In this document: in pieces, positions 1 through 11,335 of the stretch
Numbering within the stretch: the first letter of the stretch is position 1
Layout of the letters: each line of letters begins with the position of its first letter
NCBI RefSeq assembly: GCF_006345805.1
Contig: NW_021834119.1
Location: 1 to 26,687, forward strand
Length of the DNA: 26,687 bases
Direction: 5' to 3'
From: Octopus sinensis
Taxonomy: Eukaryota
Made by a program: the position numbers and the translations under genes
Notes under the pieces: model-generated
What the model saw: the letters and a program-made list of their open reading frames with translations, nothing else
What the model was told of the DNA's origin: nothing
The model's database searches: none

Positions 1-39
<39 letters not shown>

Positions 40-825
40 TGTGTGTATATTATATATAGACAGAAAGAGAGAGAATGCTATCTCTTATGTATATAAATAT
101 ATATATATATATAGATATATATATATGCCATTGATTGGGGTATTGTTAATATATTCTCACATCTGTATATGGGTTTGTGATTCTTTCTGTTCGAATGTGT
201 ATATGTGTGTGAGACACACGGACAGATCGTCAGGAAGGTATATGGAATTATGAACTTATCTACATATACGTAATCTGTATGTATATATATGTGTGTGTGT
301 GTGTATGCATGTTTGTGTGTATATATATATATACATACATATGAGATATATATGTAAGTATACACGCATATATATCCAAAACATGTACAAATACATACAT
401 TCACTTATGTTTATATATACATATATCCATGCATATGTATGTATACATATTTATGTATGTGTCTTTATATGAGTTTATATAAATGTTTATACACACACAC
501 ACACACACATACACACACACATGCACACACACACACACATGCACACACACACACATGCACACACACACACACAGCTACATGTGTATACATAGTTACATAT
601 TCCTTCTTTCATATATTATATAGATATCGCCGTAAACATAGATATAGATATATATATATGTATATATATATACATGAGTGTGTGTTTGTGTGCGTTTTCA
701 TACATAAGCATAAACATACACACACAAAAACACATACACATAAACATACACACACTGATACACATAAGACACACACACACACACACACACACACACTCAT
801 ACTCACTCACAGACACATTAATATA
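1..825. repeat. Compound (TA)n/(CA)n/(TG)n low-complexity microsatellite region
   Basis: Directly visible dinucleotide runs interspersed with short AT-rich sequence; ORFs here are IY/HT/VC repeats. Confidence 0.9.
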
Positions 826-904
826 TTAGTTGCAGCAGAAACAAATGTAGATACAGAAATGGAAAGACATTATTAGCTGCAGAATAAAACTGGATATAGA
901 ATTC

Positions 905-1378
905 TCTGTCTCCTTAGCTACTGGGAAAGGTTGAAACAGCAAAGACTCTACTCCCTGGAGAGAAGACGGGAGAGGTATACAGTAATATATGTCTGGAAGA
1001 TCCTGGAAGGTATTGTGCCAAATGTTGGCATTGTAAACTACACCAATGCTAGAACGGGATCCCAGTAATGCCATCACGCTTCAGGACCAGCTTCTGCAAC
1101 AGCCTGGGTTTCAAGGGCCCACAGCTTTTTAATATTCTCCCAAAGAGTCTGAGGAACTTGCACAAAGTAGATGTAGCGGTTTTTAAATCAAAGCTGGACA
1201 TCTTCCTGTCGAGAGTCCCAGATGAACCTACCTCATGGCAAGAGGTGCAAATGAGAGCAGCTATATCAAACTCCTTTCTTCACCAAGTGCCACATATTAG
1301 AGGAGGTTCTTCGTAATAACAGTGTAGCACAAAACGGCGGTGCATCAACATGGCCGCAGCTCTGAGCTGAAACAAGAA

Positions 1379-1388
<10 letters not shown>
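905..1388 (+). mobile_element. 3' end of a CR1/L2-like LINE (RT C-terminus + 3' UTR + A tail), degenerate
   Basis: From 913: LSYWERLKQQRLYSLERRRERYTVIYVWKILEGIVPNVGI, then after a frameshift/stop SLGFKGPQLFNILPKSLRNLHKVDVAVFKSKLDIFLSRVPDEP, typical post-RT motifs of CR1/L2-type LINEs; ends GGCGGTGCATCAACATGGCCGCAGCTCTGAGCTGAAACAAG-A(n). Confidence 0.85.
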
Positions 1389-1421
<33 letters not shown>

Positions 1422-1425
1422 AGGT

Positions 1426-1974
1426 GGCTGCCCCCTCGTTATCGAGTATGGCCATTGCACGAAGCTTAATCAATGTTGTATCGTGCAATACCTGTGCAAG
1501 AAGATTTTTTTAAAGGAGGAAAGGTTGTGCACTGAGTCAATCCCACTCACTAAGCAACGCAGCCATAATCGAAAAGAATAACAAGTCAACATCATCGGTA
1601 ACCACTGAGCCGCAGGTTTTATGTCGGAGGAGTTATCCCAGTTACCTGAGTCACCTTCCTAGAAGGATGCCCTAACAAAGGCTAGGAGTCCTTCACTCTC
1701 AATGGTTTAACCGCGCGATCGGTTATTCAGTCCGATTATTTCTATGTCCCCGCGCATGATACAGCCTTAAGACATTTATTGGATGGCCGTTGACTCTCAA
1801 GAGTTCCTCCACCCTTTGACGGGTTTTGTTTTTCATCCCGCAGGGTGTCCAATAAACACCCTCCTCACCAAGCAAGCTTGGTGGGGTTGCCGGTTTAGTC
1901 ACCGACGACCCGACCATGCAACAGATTGTTCTGGGTTACATGTTACCAGTAGCACTCGAAGTGACCTGACATAG
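1426..1974 (-). mobile_element. Probable non-autonomous (bipartite) RTE-like element
   Basis: 1426-1469 is the exact reverse complement (44/44) of 23007-23050, the 3' terminus of a coding LINE remnant; the rest is GC-richer sequence without a recognisable ORF, with an RTE 5'UTR-like motif (TCACCTTCCTAGAAGGATGCCCTAACAAAGGCTAG on +), abutting (CATA)n. RTE assignment is inference. Confidence 0.5.
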
Positions 1975-2038
1975 CATACATACATACATACATACATACA
2001 TACATACATACATACATACATACATACATACATACATA
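1975..2038. repeat. (CATA)n tetranucleotide microsatellite
   Basis: Directly visible. Confidence 0.95.
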
Positions 2039-2039
2039 A

Positions 2040-2568
2040 AGACAGAGAGAAAATGGAAAAAAATTTAAAAGGTAAACCGAAAATAAGGGATGGCGGGAAG
2101 AAAATTCATACTGACAATACTCTTCTCATTACGTGTGATGTACAAGTTAAGACAATCTTTTGTACTTCCTGCATGGATTGTAAGCCAGGAATAATTTTCA
2201 GTTCCTTTTTTGATCATTTCAAGTTATCCTACAATCACTGGTATTGTAACGGTCTTGAGATGCCATATCTTTTCGATTTCGATTAGCAAATCTTTATATT
2301 TTCTGAGCTTATTCAATTCTTTTGCTAAGATATTATGGTCACAGGATATGCTCATGTCAATCAATAAACAGACTTTGTGGTTTTTGGTCTTTCACAACAA
2401 TATCTGTTTTTTTTTTTGCTTTGATGGTCCGGTCTTTACATACTGGGAAATCCCGAAGAATAGTTACATTTTTTCCCTCAGTTACAGCCTCGGGATGGTG
2501 CTCGTACCATTTGTCAGCAGTTTTGATTTTATAAAGCCGACACTGTTTCTTCTCCATCACCAGATATC
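2040..2568 (-). mobile_element. R4/Dong-like LINE fragment, RLE endonuclease C-terminus
   Basis: Minus-strand translation: KWYEHHPEAVTEGKNVTILRDFP..DRTIKA..DIVVKDQK..LIDMSISCDHNILAKELNKLRKYKDLLIEIEKIWHLKTVTIPVIVG*LEMIKKG...QEVQKIVLTCTSHVMRRVLSV* (stop at 2106-2108); frameshifts and an internal stop are present. Confidence 0.85.
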
Positions 2569-2571
2569 CTT

Positions 2572-2601
2572 CTTCTTATTCTTATTCTTATTATTATTAT
2601 T

Positions 2602-2634
<33 letters not shown>

Positions 2635-2650
2635 ATTGTTATTACTGTTA

Positions 2651-2696
<46 letters not shown>

Positions 2697-2698
2697 CA

Positions 2699-2743
<45 letters not shown>

Positions 2744-2762
2744 ATTATTATTATTATTATTA

Positions 2763-2823
<61 letters not shown>

Positions 2824-2939
2824 TAATTATTATTATTATTATTATCATTATTATTATATTATTATATTATTATATTATTATTATTATTATTTTATTAATA
2901 TTATTATTTATTATACCATCATCATCATTATTATTATTA

Positions 2940-2977
<38 letters not shown>

Positions 2978-2990
2978 TATTATTATTATC
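2572..2990. repeat. ~420 bp (ATT)n/(GTT)n microsatellite immediately 5' of a splice acceptor
   Basis: Directly visible; runs up to ...attatcattgcAG at 2997. Confidence 0.95.
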
Positions 2991-2997
2991 ATTGCAG

Positions 2998-3208
2998 GAT
3001 GATGAGGGTGAATGCTTGAAGACCTGCAACTACCTTCGGGTGAATTCATTAACGAAGCAAGGCAGCTGTCCTCAAGCATTGGCAGCGATAGGTTTTGAGG
3101 CTGCCTGTGTTGAAAGCTGTACAGCTGACATCCACTGTGACAGTCACCTAAAGTGCTGTGCCAATGGGTGCGGCTGGACATGTCAAGAACCGGTGAATCT
3201 TGGCACAG
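2998..3208 (+). CDS. ANOS1: Internal coding exon (211 nt, phase 0 to phase 1) of an anosmin-1/KAL1-like gene: end of Cys-rich region + WAP domain
   Basis: Acceptor ttgcAG (2996-97), donor AG|GTAAAA (3209-10). Translation DDEGECLKTCNYLRVNSLTKQGSCPQALAAIGFEAACVESCTADIHCDSHLKCCANGCGWTCQEPVNLGT matches recalled anosmin sequence ([55 protein letters not shown]), including the anosmin-typical GF.AACVESC motif and all 8 WAP cysteines. No other exon of the gene was found in the window. Confidence 0.88.
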
Positions 3209-3273
3209 GTAAAAGAATTCAGTTAAAAATCTCCCTCGCCCTTTCACCCCACTTAACCCCCCCCCCCCCCACC

Positions 3274-3437
3274 ACCACCACCACCACCCACCTTCACCAC
3301 CCCTTTCTCCCTCACCGCAAAGAGAGTCCAGACGAAAATACTGAATTCCAACCCCCCCACCACCACCACCCACCTTCACCACCCCTTTCTCCCTCACCGC
3401 AAAGAGAGTCCAGACGAAAATACTGAATTCCAACCCC
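3274..3437. repeat. Tandem duplication of an 82-bp C-rich unit
   Basis: (CCA)n-CCCACCTTCACCACCCCTTTCTCCCTCACCGCAAAGAGAGTCCAGACGAAAATACTGAATTCCAACCCC occurs twice with period 82 (TTTCTCC at 3304 and 3386). Confidence 0.9.
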
Positions 3438-3657
3438 ATCACCAACATCACCACAACCACCACAGCTACTATATTTTGCCACAACGCACCAACTCCCACC
3501 ACTACAACCACCACCACCACAATCACCACCAACATTAATATTTAGTCAATTGACCCCTAAATAACTCCCCCTAAATAACTGGCCTTTTGCCCAGCCCCCT
3601 TATTCAGAGCCAAATAAATAACCTCCATTATTATTATTTTTATTGTTATTATTATTA

Positions 3658-3702
<45 letters not shown>

Positions 3703-3922
3703 GGCGGCGAGCTGGCAGAATCGTTAGCACGCCGGGCACAATGCTTAGCAGCATTTCGTCCGTCTTTACTTTCTGGGTTCAAATTCCGCCGAGGTCGACC
3801 TTGCTTTCATCCTTTCAAGGTCGATTAAATAAGTACCAGTGAAACACTGGGGTCGATGCAATCGACTACTTTCCTCCCCACCAAAAAAAATTTCAGGCCT
3901 TGTACCTATTGTAGAAAGGATT
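3703..3922 (+). mobile_element. tRNA-derived SINE, full length, flanked by (ATT)n
   Basis: A-box-like TGGCAGAATCG (3713-3723), B-box GGTTCAAATTCC (3776-3787); body shared with 12517-12932 and 24819-25407; ends GAAAGGATT then (ATT)n. Confidence 0.9.
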
Positions 3923-3959
3923 CATATTATTGTTATTATTATAGTTGTTATTACTAAGA

Positions 3960-4193
3960 CTGTGAGCAAGCAGAATCGGTAGCGCATCGGATAAAATATC
4001 TGGCGCCATATCTTCTGGCTCTTCACGTTCTGAGTTCAAATCCCACCAAGCCCAGCTTTGCCCTTCATCCATTCGAGGTCGATAAAATAAGTACCAGTTG
4101 CGTACTAGGGTCGATCTAATCGACTGGATTCGATGTAAACGACTATTCCTCTCACCCAAAATTCCAGCTATTGTGCCTGTGATAGAAAGGATT
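3960..4193 (+). mobile_element. tRNA-derived SINE, older copy of the same superfamily
   Basis: GCAGAATCGGTAG head, GAGTTCAAATCCC B-box, GTCGATAAAATAAGTACCAGT body, GAAAGGATT-(ATT)n tail. Confidence 0.85.
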
Positions 4194-4269
4194 ATTATTA
4201 TCATTATTATTATTAACTTCCAATATCTTCCATATATATACAAGAAACCTTCATTCAAACATCCATCAA

Positions 4270-4342
4270 TATATATGTATGTGTATATATATATATATAT
4301 TACATACACTTACACATTTACATACATACATATATAATTATA

Positions 4343-4394
<52 letters not shown>

Positions 4395-4551
4395 TATATA
4401 TTACCTGGCTTTCCTCTCTCATACGACAAAATATTATCAGACAAACATTCAAATCCATACATGATCACCCCTTCATCTTACTCCATTACTATGCTCTCCC
4501 CACCCCCAGTATATTCCAGTCACTCCCACCCACACCAAAATATTATTACTA

Positions 4552-4598
<47 letters not shown>

Positions 4599-4670
4599 AT
4601 ATTATTATTATATTATTATATTATTATTATTATATTTTATTTTATTATTATTATTATTATATTCATTCCT
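4270..4670. repeat. (TA)n and (ATT)n microsatellites
   Basis: Directly visible. Confidence 0.9.
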
Positions 4671-5134
4671 CCTCCTCTACCTCCACCATCTCCTCGGGCC
4701 ACCACGAAAAAATTATTTCCTTCCTCTTTTTACTTATTAAATTTTTGAGAAAAAATTTTCAAATATTTTTTTTTATCTTTTAATATTTACAATTTCACCA
4801 CTTGCTCCTCTTCTCCAACTTTCTCCTGCTCTGCCTCTTCTTCACCTCTTCCTTACTCCTTCTTCATGTATTTTATTCTTCTTGCTGTTGTTGTTGTTGT
4901 TGTTGTTATTGTTATAATAATTATTGTTATTGTTCCGCTTTTCCATTAATTATATCATCCTGCAATGAAAAAAAAACATAATAAACCATTTTAAAACATT
5001 GAATACCCATTTAAAAAACACATAAAGTAAATTTAAAAGAAAATAAATTTAAAAAACACCAACGAAGTAAAAAAAAAGTGGTAAAAAATAATATAATTAA
5101 AAAATACTTTTTAAAACGCTTCAAATAATAAGCG

Positions 5135-5686
5135 AATATATATATATGTATATGTATGTATATATATATATATACTTAAACATATATGCATATAAATATA
5201 CATATATATATATGTATATATATATATATATGGAAATATATATATACATATTTATATACATATACATACATATAGCTATATATATTTATATATATATACA
5301 TATGAGATATAAGTATATAATATATTATATATATATGCATATGTATGTGTATATATATATATGCATATATATCTATATATATACACATATATGTATATAT
5401 AAACATATATGTGTATATATATGAATACATATATGTATATGTGTGTATATGCATATATATACATATATATGTATATACATATAAACTTATATATATATAT
5501 GTATATGCATATATATGTATGTTACATAGATATATAAATGTATATATATATATATATATAAATGTTATATTACATATATACGTATATATATATATGTATA
5601 TGCATATATATGTATGTACATACATTTATATATACATATATATATATATGTATATATAGATATATAAATATATGTATATATATATA

Positions 5687-5748
<62 letters not shown>

Positions 5749-5762
5749 CAATATACATATAT
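5135..5762. repeat. Long degenerate (TA)n/(TATG)n tract
   Basis: Directly visible; source of many IY-repeat ORFs. Confidence 0.95.
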
Positions 5763-6401
5763 ACTGCGGTAGACGTGAAAGAATATCAACTATATGCCCT
5801 GCTGTTCAGTTTCGTCTAAGCTTTCTCATGCAACATGTAATATTGGCAGATTTTCCTTCAAACCATTCCTAAATTCCAGTTCACCCCTTGAATCTTGTTT
5901 CTTAAATCCTTTATTGATTTCGTCCTGAAATGTAATTTTCCCCATCTTCGTCTTGATTTCCATAATATTTCATCCAATTTATTCCAATATAGTGTTAATC
6001 TAAGTACTTCTTACATTTTTGTTACTATTACATGTTGATCTTTCAAGAGAAATAAGGTGTTTGGTTAAGAAAGAGTTTTGCAGTTGCCTAATTGTTTAAA
6101 ATGGGGTGAAACGAAACTTGATTCAAATTGGATAAAACGAAATTTGGTCCCCGAGATTTCGTGAGATGATATCAACACAGAAATATCAGTTGGCAGGAAG
6201 TAGCAGTGTCCCAGCGATTCTCATCATGCGGAGTTCGTGCCTTCGTTAGGACTATATTCTATGCTCTGGTAAAAAGACACAGCCCTTTACATAATGTGAA
6301 TGCATATGAGCCATATCTACTAACTTGTTATTTATCCCCATGACATCTCCGAGTGTTCCGACAAACCCATGGTGACAGATGTTCGAATCGCAACTAATCT
6401 G

Positions 6402-6690
6402 TTTTATTTTGTGCATATCAACTCAAAGGCTGCAGCCTTGCTGGGGCACTGCCCGTGTTATCTTTTCAAAGGCTACTCTTATGCGATTAGCTTTTGGTGA
6501 AGGGGGAGTCTGACATTTGCTGCCCCTCTTTGAGTTCCTTGCTGTGATGTTGGTTCATCTTGGACAACAGGTGGTCAAAATATTTCTTGAAAATATCTAC
6601 CCCTGCTCCATTTATCTCTCTCAAATATTTTGATAAATTATTGAATAACGGTGGGCCCTTCATTCCCAAAATAATGTAGTAAACGGTTCA
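6402..6690 (-). mobile_element. 3' end of a second CR1/L2-like LINE copy
   Basis: Minus ORF GMKGPPLFNNLSKYLREINGAGVDIFKKYFDHLLSK is homologous to the peptide at 1090-1230; terminal GGCAGTGCCCCAGCAAGGCTGCAG matches the tail at 1336-1376. Confidence 0.75.
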
Positions 6691-6721
6691 CACTATAAAT
6701 GGCATGACAAGGACCTGGAAA

Positions 6722-6912
6722 AAAGTAAGTTGTACCTATATTTCAAAGGGCCAGTCTTATCACATTATTCGTCACGCTGAATCTCGCTGAGTACTACGTG
6801 GAGCGTGTCTCAACCATTTGCACGTTAATTTTACGAACAAGCTGTTCTCTTGATCAAATCATTTAGAACGCTCGTCGTCGTAACTGACCGAGTACCAGTT
6901 TTCCTACAACAA

Positions 6913-6968
<56 letters not shown>

Positions 6969-6972
6969 GCTA
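6722..6972 (+). mobile_element. 3' half of a SINE with (CAA/CTA)n tail
   Basis: Aligns by eye with 14445-14645 (GTACCT..TTCAAAGGG..CTGAG.ACTACGT..TTGCAC.TTAATTT.ACGA..GTCG..AC.GAC...CCAGTT); followed by (CTA)n. Confidence 0.7.
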
Positions 6973-7134
6973 TCTGTACTGGTGTTTTGTCATCATAATC
7001 CTTATATAACGCTTTTGTTTCCAATCTTTATATTACACGTATATAATCTGTTTTTTCATGCAATAATAATGATTTAATATAATTTTTATCGCAAGCAATG
7101 GCACGTTTTTGATATTCTTTCTGGAGTGAAATAC

Positions 7135-7143
7135 GTATATATA

Positions 7144-7181
<38 letters not shown>

Positions 7182-7308
7182 ATATATATATATATATCAT
7201 ATATATATATATATATATATATACTATATATATATATATATATTATATATATACATATATAAATATGTATATACGTATATATGTATATATTGTACATATA
7301 CGTATATC

Positions 7309-7344
<36 letters not shown>

Positions 7345-7767
7345 ATTATATATATATTCACTGCTTCTAAAGAAACGCGAGAGGAAAACGTAATTGATTG
7401 ACATCAACAACCAAAAATATATAACTATAAAATATAAAATAAATCTAAAACAAATAAACAAAATAATTTACATATAAAAAAAAAAATTTTAAATCATGAG
7501 ATTTGTTTTCTTTTAAATGAGAGACAAAATTTCTTATACAAAAACAAAAAGGAACAAAAACCAAAAAAAAACAAATCAAAACTGATCTGACCAAAAAAAA
7601 AAAGCTATAAATAACATTTAATACATAAATCAATTAAAATTTATAAATGTAATTATCTAAAAGAAATTTTGTTTATTATTATTATTATTATTATTTTATT
7701 TGGAGTGTATGTGTGTGAACCATTAACCAACAAAACACATATTGTTAAACCATCATTATTATTATTA

Positions 7768-7852
<85 letters not shown>

Positions 7853-7894
7853 CATTATTATTATTATTATCATTATTATTATTATTATTATTAC

Positions 7895-7969
<75 letters not shown>

Positions 7970-8090
7970 TATTATTATTACTATTATTATTATTATAATT
8001 TTTATTATTATTATTATTACTACTACTACTACTACTTTTAGTAGTAGTAGCAGTACTACTACTACTACAACTACTATTACTATTATTCAT
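7135..8090. repeat. (TA)n, A-rich and long (ATT)n/(CTA)n tracts
   Basis: Directly visible. Confidence 0.9.
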
Positions 8091-8424
8091 CGTTATGTCT
8101 TTCCTTCATGCATGTATGCGTGTATATGTCATATAAATTTCACATAAAGATCTTTTTTGTTTCACTTACTTTTTTTTTCCAAAAAACCGAAAAGAATTAT
8201 TTTAAAATATTGAAAGTAAAAAAAAACATATATTTCAATACTATTTTAAAGTTGCTAATCATTATTTTTAAATCATCGAAACTAATTAACCATTGTCGCA
8301 TTATTTTCATCCTATTATTCTTTACGTTGCTATCATTACCACTATCATTTTCAATATTATTCTTATTCTTATTTTATCAGTGTTTTTACTATTACCAATA
8401 TCATTATTATTATTATTGTTATTA

Positions 8425-8797
8425 TTTTACATCTCAGAGGTCTTGGTCTTATTTGCTCTGGTTGATTCTTTGAGAGCGGACAGTAACCCATTGTCAAAAG
8501 TCTCATAAGGTCTCTTTCCGCAAATTACGTATTAGCTTTAGTACTTGGATGTTAACTTATCGTTAATATCCAAGCGCCAATCTCAAAATCCTAGCTGTTC
8601 CTTGTAGAGCAGTTTTTTGGGGCCAGCTCTACCCTTATGTCAATTCCAATTTCTCCGATATAATCCTCGAACTTGATCGTTAGAGCTCTGAGTGCCCCTA
8701 AAACTACTGGGATAACAGTTACTCTCCTCATTGCCCACATTCTTGCAATTTCATCGTTTTGTAGTCTGCGTTTTTCCATTTTTCCAGCGATTTGTCA
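8425..8797 (-). mobile_element. 5'-truncated R4/Dong-like LINE (RLE C-terminus + 3' UTR) in (TAA)n
   Basis: Minus: EIARMWAMRRVTVIPVVLGALRALTIKFEDYIGEIGIDIRVELA-(frameshift)-KTALQGTARILRL; 3' end GAGATGTAAAATAATAA; both ends abut ATT repeats. Confidence 0.85.
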
Positions 8798-8817
8798 TAT
8801 TATTATTATTATTACTA

Positions 8818-9278
8818 TAATTTTGACTTTTTATTTGTATTTGTACAAGTTGATTCCAATTCTCACCTAGAGACCACAAGAGACAACGAGTTAGAAGTTC
8901 AAGTTTGTGTTATGACTAGGGTGCCATATATTTGATTTTGCACATAGCATTGTTCTAGAGAATGTCTCAGAAAACAGAAAATTATAAATTTGTTTTAAAA
9001 TTTGGGATTACATAAACAGTATTTTACATAGGATATGGACAGTTCCCATGAGCACTATCTTTTGAATTTCTTCCATTTTTGGATTTCCTAGTATCTGAGC
9101 TAGGTACCAATCAGCCCCTTTTGTTATCATTCCCAGTTTTGGCTAGGTCTTGACAGATACATTTATGTCGATTGGGACAATAATATCGATGAGGAGACAT
9201 GATTTTTGTCTGAAGTCCTTCAGCATATATTCGCACCTATCTTTCTGCCAGTTTGAAAAGTGAATTTCCAAAGGAAAG
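8818..9278 (-). mobile_element. R4/Dong-like LINE fragment of a different subfamily, in (TAA)n
   Basis: Minus: KDFRQKSCLLIDIIVPIDINVSVKT*..LGMITKGADWYLAQILGNP-(frameshift)-KMEEIQKIVLMGTVHILCKIL; flanked by ATT repeats at both ends. Confidence 0.8.
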
Positions 9279-9710
<432 letters not shown>

Positions 9711-9721
9711 ATTATTATTAT

Positions 9722-10056
9722 TGAGTGAGAGAGCAGTGCATGCTATCAAAGAGACACTGGAGTAAAATATACTAAACCCAGTATACCCATCATGACTACC
9801 CGTCTGATAAAGGTACACCTGGCACATGCATCACAACCATATGTGCGCGACATGGTGATCTCATATCAAGATAAACAGTACATGACCTTGCAGTTGGTGC
9901 CCATTTAGAATATTCTTCAAGGAAATTTGTGGTATTGATCAGAATATTTGCTGTAGCCCATCTTTTATACCAAGGCATAACATGTACATGATAACACTTC
10001 CAATCATTTAAGAAGAGAAGCCATGAGAGCCAGTGCTTGGCACTGCGTCAGGCTAT
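9722..10056 (-). mobile_element. Interspersed repeat, probable 3' UTR of a (TAA)n-tailed non-LTR element
   Basis: Non-coding complex sequence bracketed by ATT repeats; minus strand ends ...GCACTGCTCTCTCACTCAATAATAATAAT. Resembles an abundant octopus repeat from memory; family not established. Confidence 0.5.
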
Positions 10057-10062
10057 AATTTA

Positions 10063-10132
<70 letters not shown>

Positions 10133-10540
10133 GAATACTTTAGCGACAAATTTTTCTTTGTCTTTTATCATCATTTTATCCTTATTTTTTTACCTCATCT
10201 CATAAAAAGAACTTTACGAAGAATTCTTGCAGAAATTAAGGTTAGGAAGCTTTCTGTAACCGTCCTATATTTTCTTGATATTATTTGTTGTTAAATTTTC
10301 ATTTTGAGTCTAAGGACTCATTATTCATACACTTCCAAGAGCAAATATCTTCTTTTGAAGTCGTTCGAAAGCCCCAAGTCAATACTTACGCTAATATATC
10401 TAAGATATCATTCCTTTTTATCCAGCTAAATTTCGGCTATAGGTTATCCCATCCTTACATAATTTTATGGTTTTCTAAACATTTTTCGATCACATTACTG
10501 TCTTCTTTTGCAATGACAATATTCATGATATGTATACAAG

Positions 10541-10603
<63 letters not shown>

Positions 10604-10766
10604 CAACAATTGAGGGTAAAATTAATTAATTAATTAATCAATTTCACCAAGTATTCAGTATGCAAAGGGACCATTTAAGGTAAATTCAAATTATTACATT
10701 ATATAAAAGGGCAAAGTATATAAAAGTATGCGGCAAAGTAATTTATTTTACTAAGCCCTTTTATAT

Positions 10767-10798
<32 letters not shown>

Positions 10799-11014
10799 TG
10801 TGGACATATACCAATATACATATGCATACTCCATATATAGTATATTATAGTGTGTGTATATATAAATATATATAGATATTATATTATATGTATATACATA
10901 TATATTATATATTATATATATATGTACACATTCATACATATTACAGATATATGCGGTTGCCAGTGGAGGGACAGTTTCAAAGTATTATTATTATTATTAA
11001 TATTATTATTATTA

Positions 11015-11061
<47 letters not shown>

Positions 11062-11084
11062 AACAATAAACAGCCGACTTTGCC

Positions 11085-11335
11085 CTTTCATCCTTTTGGG
11101 AATCAATAACAGATAGCACAAGACAAATACTTTTGTCGGTGGCATTTACTATTGCCATCTCCCTAAAACTTTTGATGAGCCTCAAGTTAAAAATAATTAT
11201 TATTACTACGATTATTATAAAACCGGGGTCAGCTTTGCCATTTATACATTAGAGATCGATAAAATGAAATACCAGTAAAATGCTGGTGTAGCTTTATACC
11301 ACTGTAGCTTTCTTCCAAAATTCTGAGACTTTTTA
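11085..11335 (+). mobile_element. Degenerate SINE fragments
   Basis: GCCGACTTTGCCCTTTCATCCTTTTGGG (~11090) and GGTCAGCTTTGCC..GATCGATAAAATGAAATACCAGT (~11227-11280) match the body of the SINE at 3703. Confidence 0.55.

Noticed and set aside
2210-3019. 269-aa hydrophobic ORF resembling a membrane protein
   Set aside because: It is the antisense of an R4-like LINE fragment fused to an (ATT)n tract.
2972-3535. 187-aa minus-strand ORF
   Set aside because: Shadow ORF opposite the WAP exon and C-rich repeats; no recognisable motif.
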